From Planctomycetota bacterium (lineage in GTDB: Bacteria > Planctomycetota > PLA2 > JAEUHO01): DNA of 64,000 bases. The notes under the pieces were generated by a model. The model did no database searches and was not told the origin of the DNA. It worked only from the letters and a program-made list of their open reading frames with translations. The DNA lies in contig CBDCWP010000030.1 in NCBI GenBank assembly GCA_965223505.1, positions 160,001 through 224,000 on the forward strand. The letters are read 5' to 3'. The stretch's first letter is position 1. Each line of letters opens with the position of its first letter. The position numbers and the translations under genes were made by a program. Positions 57,759 through 64,000 of this stretch are shown in pieces.

Positions 57759-60700
57759 TCAGCGGCCGCCGTCGTCGCTCTCGTCGTCGTCGTCCCGCTC
57801 GTCCTCGAAGAGCCCGCCGCCGGGAGGCGCGTCATCGGGAAGCCGCACGGGACCGCGCGGGTTGGTGCGCGTGCTGCCCTCGTCCTGCGGCTCGAAGCCC
57901 GGCTCGGGCGGCGGCAGCTTGCCGGGCTGGCTCAGACCGCGGCCCGTCGCGCCGCCGAAGAGCTGGGTGAAGTAGGCATCCCAGCGACCGCAGCCCATCT
58001 CCGTCCAGCCACCGAGCATGTTGCGGTGGTGGCCGCTCGACCCGTACCACGCCCAGAACGCGCCGCGGCCGGTGTTGCGGCCCATGGCGATGTTCTCGCC
58101 GACGCCGCCTCCATAGCCCTGGCGCTTCGCGCGCGCGCCGGGCGTGACGTTCTGCGGCGTCTGGTTCTTGCCCGGCGGCACGTTGTGGGCGAAGTAGTTG
58201 TTCTCTTTCATGTGCCGGCTGTGACCGCGCGCCGCGCGCACCAGGCGCTCGTTGATCTTCACCGAGTAGAGGCCCATCATGAACCGGTACTCGTTGACGG
58301 CGCGCGTGTTGTCCTTCTCCTGCTCGGTCGCGGTGGTGTCGAGCTTCTCGTTGTACGCCATCACGCCCAGGTAGTTCTCGCGGCGGCTGGCGGACTTCCC
58401 GTCCGGCGTGTACGCCGGCATGTCGATCGCCAGGTTGATGCGGTCCTTGATCTCGTCCAGGTCGGGCCGGTAGCCGCTGTCCACGCGCGACAGCACCTCG
58501 TCGACCTCCGTGATGAGCTCGAGCTCCGCCTGCAGCTTCTTGTCCCACTGCGCGACGAGATCGAACGGGCGCTCCCAGATCTCGCGAACGAGCCCGACGC
58601 GGTGATCGACCTCCTTCTGGCCCTTCTTCGTGGGATTCGGATACGGATATGCGGACGCGTCGCGAATCAGCGCGAGCGCGTTGGCGCGGCGCTGCTTGAG
58701 CAGGCCGTACATCTTGCTCTTGTACCTGTTGCTCGTCGCCGACTTGGAGTTCGCGACCTGGTCGATCAGGTACGCGCGGCGAGAGGTCAGCGCGTTGTGG
58801 AACCGCTGCGCCGCGGGCTCGCCGATGGCGATCAGCGCTTCGTACGCGGCCTTGCGCACGTCGGCGTCCTTGTCGGACATGCGCTGCATCGCGTCGGCGA
58901 TGGCGGCTTCGCGCAACAGGGTTTCGCGCCGCTCGGGCGTGACGTAGCGCTCTTCGTGAACGACGTAGCCGCCTTCGGGCAGCGGCTCGTTGCGCCAGCG
59001 CGCAATCACAGGGAACAGTGCGCTCGTGGCGACGCCGCTTTGACCGGCGTCGTACATCGCCTCGTCCGCGGCGTCGGTGGCGCCGACCAGGTGCAACAGC
59101 GCCGCGATCCGAAACGCCTGCTCGCCCTCGGCGTCGAAGCGGTCGACGATCGCCCCGATCTGCTTCGGACTCAGGCGATGCCAGCGATACATCGTGCTGC
59201 CGCCCTTGACGGCCGCGGCGACGGTCTCGGCGTCCGCGTCGATTAGCGACACGACGATGCGTTCCGACATGCGGATGCGGCGGTACTTCTGCTGGTTCGC
59301 CTTGATATCCGCGATCAGCGCGTCGAGCGCCTGATGCGCGCGCACGACGTCGGACTTCACCGCGGCGAGCTTCTCGTGCCACGGCCCGCTCGGACAGAGC
59401 GCCATGCCCTTGTCGAGCTCGGCCAACGCCTGCTCGAAGGCGAGCTCCGCGGCGTGCGGCGCGGCGGCCTCGAGCGCGGCCTGCGCGGCGTCCTCCGCGG
59501 CCGGTGTCGTCTTCGTCGGAACGGTCGGCTCGGGATCGCCGCCGCCGTCGGGTTGCTTGGACGGAGCGGTCTCGGGACGCGGGTCGAGCTGCGTCGGCGC
59601 CAACGCCTCGTACTCGGCGATGCGTTCCTTCAGCGTCGGCGCCGCCGGGGTGCCCGCGAACGGCGTCGTGCGTTCACGCAGGTAGCGCGCCGCCACGGCC
59701 GCGCCGCTCGACTTCAACAGGCCCGCCGCCGTGTCGAGCAGCTTCCGGGCGGCCTCGGCCGCGGCGTCGTTGACCTCGGTGCGACCGGCCGCGACCGCGT
59801 CGGACGCGTCGATGGCGACGGGTGCGCCCCGCCCGAGCGACTCCCAGCGCGCGACGGCCTTTCCGTACTTGCCATCTTCCAACAGCTTGGCGACGGCGGC
59901 GCGGGTCGTCTCGGACTCGGTGCGGATCCACTCGTCGTGCGACGAGAGGATGCGCGTCTTCATGTCGTCGAACCGCTGCACGTTCGCGTCGCCGAAGTCG
60001 GCGATGAACACGCGACGCTCGGTCGAGAGCGACGCCGCCGTGAAGTCGAGCCTGTCGTTCCAGATCTCGTTCAGGCGTCGATCGATGTCGCCTTCGACGC
60101 CCTTGAGGATCGACAGGTAGCGATCGGCCTGGTCGCGTACGGAGCCGGCGTCGGGATCGTTCGCGAGGTCGGCGAAGATCACGCGCGCTTCGGCGTACTT
60201 CTTGTCCTTGTACAGCTCGCGCGCCGCGTCGAACTGCTTCTCGGCCGCAACGCGTGTCTTCCCGCCGGTGTCGCCGATGACCTGCGCGATGGCGATGGCG
60301 ATACCGGTGGCGACGAGCAATGCGACGATCGGAACGGCGAGCTTCTTCTTGCCCGCGGCGGCGCGCGCGCGTTCGCGGTTGCGCTCGACGGAATCATCGC
60401 TCTTCGGCGCCGTGTCGGCCTCGTCGTCCTTCGCCACGCCCGTCTTCGTCTCGGTGGACGCGGGCGCTTCGGTCTTGGGGTCCGAGGCGACGACATCGGT
60501 CGCGGGCTTCGGCGGGGCAGGAGGCGCGGCGGGCCGTGCGGGCGCGGCCGCCTTCGCGGGGACGGGCGTCGAAACGGCCGCGGCGGCCGTCGAGGGGATC
60601 ACAGTGGTCTCGCCCAGCGAACCCACCATGTAGGTGATGCGCGCTTCGCCCACCTCGATCACGTCACCATCGTCGAGCGAGACCTGCTTGACGACGGCGC

Positions 60701-60905
60701 CGTTCACGCGCGTTTCGTACCCGGTGTTGCCGTCGCGGAGCCGGTAGCGGCCGTTCGCGATCGGATCGATGGTGCAGTGCTCGCCGGCGACGCCGTCGCA
60801 CGTGAGCTGCAAATCCAGGCCTGGGTTGCGCCCGACGCGAACGACGGACCCGGAGAGGTCCGCTTCGAACGTCTGGCCTTGGACCTCGATCCGAATCCTG
60901 GGCAT
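57759..60905 (-). CDS. FHA, TM, helical region, CAP/SCP domain protein
   Basis: VGR..VAGEH..TRVNG FHA; NEYR, HSRHM..YFAH, GENIA, SSGHHRNML CAP. Confidence 0.85.
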   Translation of the reverse strand: MPRIRIEVQGQTFEADLSGSVVRVGRNPGLDLQLTCDGVAGEHCTIDPIANGRYRLRDGNTGYETRVNGAVVKQVSLDDGDVIEVGEARITYMVGSLGETTVIPSTAAAAVSTPVPAKAAAPARPAAPPAPPKPATDVVASDPKTEAPASTETKTGVAKDDEADTAPKSDDSVERNRERARAAAGKKKLAVPIVALLVATGIAIAIAQVIGDTGGKTRVAAEKQFDAARELYKDKKYAEARVIFADLANDPDAGSVRDQADRYLSILKGVEGDIDRRLNEIWNDRLDFTAASLSTERRVFIADFGDANVQRFDDMKTRILSSHDEWIRTESETTRAAVAKLLEDGKYGKAVARWESLGRGAPVAIDASDAVAAGRTEVNDAAAEAARKLLDTAAGLLKSSGAAVAARYLRERTTPFAGTPAAPTLKERIAEYEALAPTQLDPRPETAPSKQPDGGGDPEPTVPTKTTPAAEDAAQAALEAAAPHAAELAFEQALAELDKGMALCPSGPWHEKLAAVKSDVVRAHQALDALIADIKANQQKYRRIRMSERIVVSLIDADAETVAAAVKGGSTMYRWHRLSPKQIGAIVDRFDAEGEQAFRIAALLHLVGATDAADEAMYDAGQSGVATSALFPVIARWRNEPLPEGGYVVHEERYVTPERRETLLREAAIADAMQRMSDKDADVRKAAYEALIAIGEPAAQRFHNALTSRRAYLIDQVANSKSATSNRYKSKMYGLLKQRRANALALIRDASAYPYPNPTKKGQKEVDHRVGLVREIWERPFDLVAQWDKKLQAELELITEVDEVLSRVDSGYRPDLDEIKDRINLAIDMPAYTPDGKSASRRENYLGVMAYNEKLDTTATEQEKDNTRAVNEYRFMMGLYSVKINERLVRAARGHSRHMKENNYFAHNVPPGKNQTPQNVTPGARAKRQGYGGGVGENIAMGRNTGRGAFWAWYGSSGHHRNMLGGWTEMGCGRWDAYFTQLFGGATGRGLSQPGKLPPPEPGFEPQDEGSTRTNPRGPVRLPDDAPPGGGLFEDERDDDDESDDGGR

Positions 60906-61157
60906 GGGGTGCATTCCGTCCGGGCGAACGACGACGCTGATGGGCTTGACCGGCCGGACCGAGTCTACCCGCCGCGGGCGCGGGACTCTCCTGCGGGAGC
61001 CGGTGGGAGGGCACATGGCCTCCCTTTCGACTCGACGAAGGGGAGAACCTGAGGGTTCCGGAGGGGGAGCGGGATCACGGGACCGCCGATTCGCGATGAC
61101 GCCGGAGCGGGAGGGCGAGCGGGACCGGGGTCAGGAGCAGGGGCGGAAACGCGCGGC

Positions 61158-62351
61158 TCAGTCCGAGAGGTGCAAGAGGAAGTCCATCAGCTCGTGACCC
61201 CGCTCCACCTGGAAGCCCGCATCCCGCGCCGCGACCTCGGAGAAGCCCGTCTTGCGATGACTGCGAACGCCCGCGCCGTAGATCGCGAAGGGCACCGGAT
61301 CCGGTAGGTACCGTCCGTTCTCCGCCGACGCCGCCTCGCCGCCGATCATCACCACCCGCGCGTCCAGGCCCGCCTCGAGCGCGCGCAACGCCACGCCCAG
61401 CACATACCCGTCGATCCGCTCCAACGCCTCGACCTTCGCCACGAAGTCCCGCGCGTGCGACGCCGCCGCCAACGCGTCCACGTGCACGATCGCCAAATCT
61501 CGCGTCTCCAACGCCTCCAACGCGGCGCGCGCCTTCGCCCGCAACCGCGTATCCGGCAATCCAGTCGTGCCCTCCGGCCGCACCGTCGGGATGCCCTGCA
61601 GCTTCGCCGCGCCGACGAACGTCGGGTTCACGCCCACGGCCGTCGCCTTCACGCCCGTCCGTTCCTCGAAGTTCGGCAACGGGATCGAGATGCCGCTGCC
61701 CCACGGCCATAGCATCGTCGCCGGGTTCTCACCGAGCTCGCCGCGCAGCTCGTTGACCTCGTGCTTGCGCAAGATCTCCGACGCGCGCTCCACCGAGGCC
61801 AGCAATCGACCGATGCCGGTGCCGCGCGGCAACGCCGTGGCAAGGCGCTTGCCCACGACCTCGTACGGCGGCACCGTCCGCACGCGCACGTCGCGCGCGC
61901 CCTTCCACAACAGGACGTTGCGCCAGCCCTCGCCCGGCTGAAACGCGAGGTCCGGATCCTCCAGCTCGTCGTTGACCGCGCGCAACAACATCGTCGCCTC
62001 GTCCTTGCCGATATGGCCCGCGGTCGGATCGAAGATCGTCTCGTCGTCGGCGGTGACGAGCGAGAGGCGAAACACCTGATCGAGCGATCCGACCGGCACG
62101 TCGTACGCCGCCGCGTCCAACGCCCCGCCGATGTCGCCGTAGGAAAGCGGGTCGATGCCGAACGACGCCAACGCGAACGCGCCCTCCTCCGGTCGAATGC
62201 CTGCGGGCGCCGGCACGAGACGCCCCATGCGTCCTTCGCGGGCCATGCGGTCCAGGTGCGGCGTCGCGGCGGCTTCCAACGGCGTGCGGCCGCCCAGCTC
62301 TTCCAGCGGACGATCCGCGGCGCCGGAGGCGATGACGATGAGCGTTTTCAC
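61158..62351 (-). CDS. ApgM-family (cofactor-independent phosphoglycerate mutase) homologue with degenerate active site
   Basis: LGGRTPLEAAATPHLD, AGHI, WPWG, KVEALERID, DPVPF; metal ligands substituted. Confidence 0.8.
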   Translation of the reverse strand: MKTLIVIASGAADRPLEELGGRTPLEAAATPHLDRMAREGRMGRLVPAPAGIRPEEGAFALASFGIDPLSYGDIGGALDAAAYDVPVGSLDQVFRLSLVTADDETIFDPTAGHIGKDEATMLLRAVNDELEDPDLAFQPGEGWRNVLLWKGARDVRVRTVPPYEVVGKRLATALPRGTGIGRLLASVERASEILRKHEVNELRGELGENPATMLWPWGSGISIPLPNFEERTGVKATAVGVNPTFVGAAKLQGIPTVRPEGTTGLPDTRLRAKARAALEALETRDLAIVHVDALAAASHARDFVAKVEALERIDGYVLGVALRALEAGLDARVVMIGGEAASAENGRYLPDPVPFAIYGAGVRSHRKTGFSEVAARDAGFQVERGHELMDFLLHLSD

Positions 62352-62449
62352 TGAGGTCGACCGGCCACCGGGGACTGAGGAAGGGTCGCGCGTCCCGCGC
62401 GCGAGCGCAGCTTACCGGTGAGCCGCGACGGGCCCCAGATTCCCTTTGC

Positions 62450-62917
62450 CTACGACGACGGCTCTTCGGGCTCCGGCAGTTCCTCGCCCGGCATCACCAG
62501 CCAGGGGAACGCTTTGCCGGGCACGCTCACGCGCTCCAGCTTCACGTCGTACGTGTGCAGGATCACCTCCATGACCGCGCCGACGCGCAGCTCGTGGACG
62601 TGGCCGGAGTAGGCGATGAGCTCGCGCGGCGCGAGCACGGCGTGCAGATGGATGAACGGCCGTCCGTCGTCGCTCGCCACCGAGATGGTGCCGGTGAGAT
62701 TCCCGACCTCCATGGGCTCGTCGAACTTGCGTTTCACGTACTCGTTGATGTCGGGATCGAGAAAGCTCAGGACCGCGTTGCTCACGGACCCGAGGCCGGT
62801 GATGAACCCGGCGGTGACCTTCTCTTCGCTCACGAACTGCCGCAGGCAACCGATCGCCTCTTCGCCCGGGTCCATGCGCATGAAATACCGCCCCTCACCG
62901 ATGCGGTGGTACTGCAT
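62450..62917 (-). CDS. PPC/DUF296-domain protein
   Basis: GLGS, LTGTIS, HLHAVL, GHV. Confidence 0.85.
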   Translation of the reverse strand: MQYHRIGEGRYFMRMDPGEEAIGCLRQFVSEEKVTAGFITGLGSVSNAVLSFLDPDINEYVKRKFDEPMEVGNLTGTISVASDDGRPFIHLHAVLAPRELIAYSGHVHELRVGAVMEVILHTYDVKLERVSVPGKAFPWLVMPGEELPEPEEPSS

Positions 62918-63029
62918 GGACGCTCCCCTGCCCGGCACAGCATCGTGCCGGTTCAAAACCCTAAGAGCCCCCTATCAGAGGGTCAAGGCGCGTGTGCGAA
63001 CGGGACGTATCATGTCGCGCCCCGCCGGA

Positions 63030-63956
63030 ATGTCGAACGCAACGCACTATCACTTCGTCGTGAACCCGGTCGCCGGACGCAAGGACCGGCGCCCGCTCGT
63101 GGACCGAATCGCGACGATTCTCGAGGCGCGCGGCGCCCGCGTCACGCAGTACGTCACGGCGGCCGCAGGCGACGCGGTGGCCCACGTGAAGACCCTCGAG
63201 CCCGGCGATGCCGACCGGCTCGTCGTGGTCGGCGGCGACGGCACGCTCAACGAGGTCGTCAACGCCCGGGCGGCGCCGCCGCCGTGGCCCGTCGCCGTGC
63301 TGCCGGTCGGGACCGCCAACCTCGTGGCGCGCGAGCTCGGGATGCCGCTGTCCCTTGACACGGAGGAAACCGCCGCCTGCCTCTTCGACGCGAAGCCGTG
63401 GCAGGTCGGCCTGATGGAGATGCGGCGCGGTGAGACGTCGAAGCTCGCGGTCGCGGCGGTCGGCGTGGGGCTGGACGGCGAGATCGTGCGCACGATCTCC
63501 GATCTGCGCGCCGAGGAGGGCTCGAGCGGGTACCGGCAATGGGTGCGGCCGATCTGGAAGACGCTTCGCGAATATCGGTTTCCGAAGGTCACCGTCACGG
63601 TCGACGACCACCGCACGTACGTCGCCTCGAGCTGCATCGTGCAGAACGCGCACAGCTACGGCGGCTTGTTCGAGATGTCGCCGAGCGCGCAGATGGGCTC
63701 GGACGTCTTCGACATCACGCTGATCCGCGCGCGCACGCACCGAGATCTGTTTCGGGTCCTCTTCGGCTCCTGGACGCGAACGGTGTCCGGCTACAAGGAC
63801 GTCAAGATCCTGTCCGGAACGAACGTGCGGATCCACAGCCCGCGGCCGCTCGCGGTGCAGGCGGACGGCGACCCGGCAGGTGAAACCGACATCGAGCTGC
63901 GCTACCTGCCGGACGCGATGGAGATGCTGCGGGTCTCACAGGTCGACCGCAACTGA
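63030..63956 (+). CDS. Diacylglycerol kinase-family lipid kinase (YegS/BmrU-like)
   Basis: VNPVAG, GGDGTLNEV, LPVGTANL, QADGD. Confidence 0.9.
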   Translation: MSNATHYHFVVNPVAGRKDRRPLVDRIATILEARGARVTQYVTAAAGDAVAHVKTLEPGDADRLVVVGGDGTLNEVVNARAAPPPWPVAVLPVGTANLVARELGMPLSLDTEETAACLFDAKPWQVGLMEMRRGETSKLAVAAVGVGLDGEIVRTISDLRAEEGSSGYRQWVRPIWKTLREYRFPKVTVTVDDHRTYVASSCIVQNAHSYGGLFEMSPSAQMGSDVFDITLIRARTHRDLFRVLFGSWTRTVSGYKDVKILSGTNVRIHSPRPLAVQADGDPAGETDIELRYLPDAMEMLRVSQVDRN

Positions 63957-64000
63957 CGTCGCGTCACGCGGCGTCCTGTCCGGTCGCGACGCGAATGCCC

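Overview
High-GC bacterial chromosomal window. The gene content (OmcB/DUF11-like Cys-rich lipoprotein, FGE-sulfatase, HEAT, GYF_2, FHA-CAP proteins) is suggestive of PVC/Planctomycetota. Positions 1-39.1 kb and 50.1-64 kb are mostly housekeeping and envelope genes (rimO-pgsA-pgpA, fhs, plsC, ppk2, eda, acpS, nagZ-like, apgM-like). Between them is a ~10.8 kb accessory region at tRNA-Thr(CGT) (49974-50048, minus strand). It comprises two related elements integrated in tandem, bounded by tRNA 3'-end copies at 39214 and 46125, sharing a 94-bp arm and a paralogous uncharacterised gene pair. The region has been invaded by two identical IS256 copies, a HUH/Y1 (RAYT-like) gene flanked by 33-bp inverted repeats, and an IS110/IS1111-type recombinase. 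The most notable observation is that this IS110-type element sits inside one of the Y1 inverted repeats at an AG core. Its downstream non-coding region contains two loops whose short segments match the target flanks and the element's own ends, as expected of a bridge/seekRNA, and the second repeat is an empty copy of the same target. Also noted: a probably catalytically dead ApgM homologue, a covarying hairpin array, and several frameshifts in G/C homopolymers that look like sequencing error. All calls are from reading the sequence and translations; no database searches were run.
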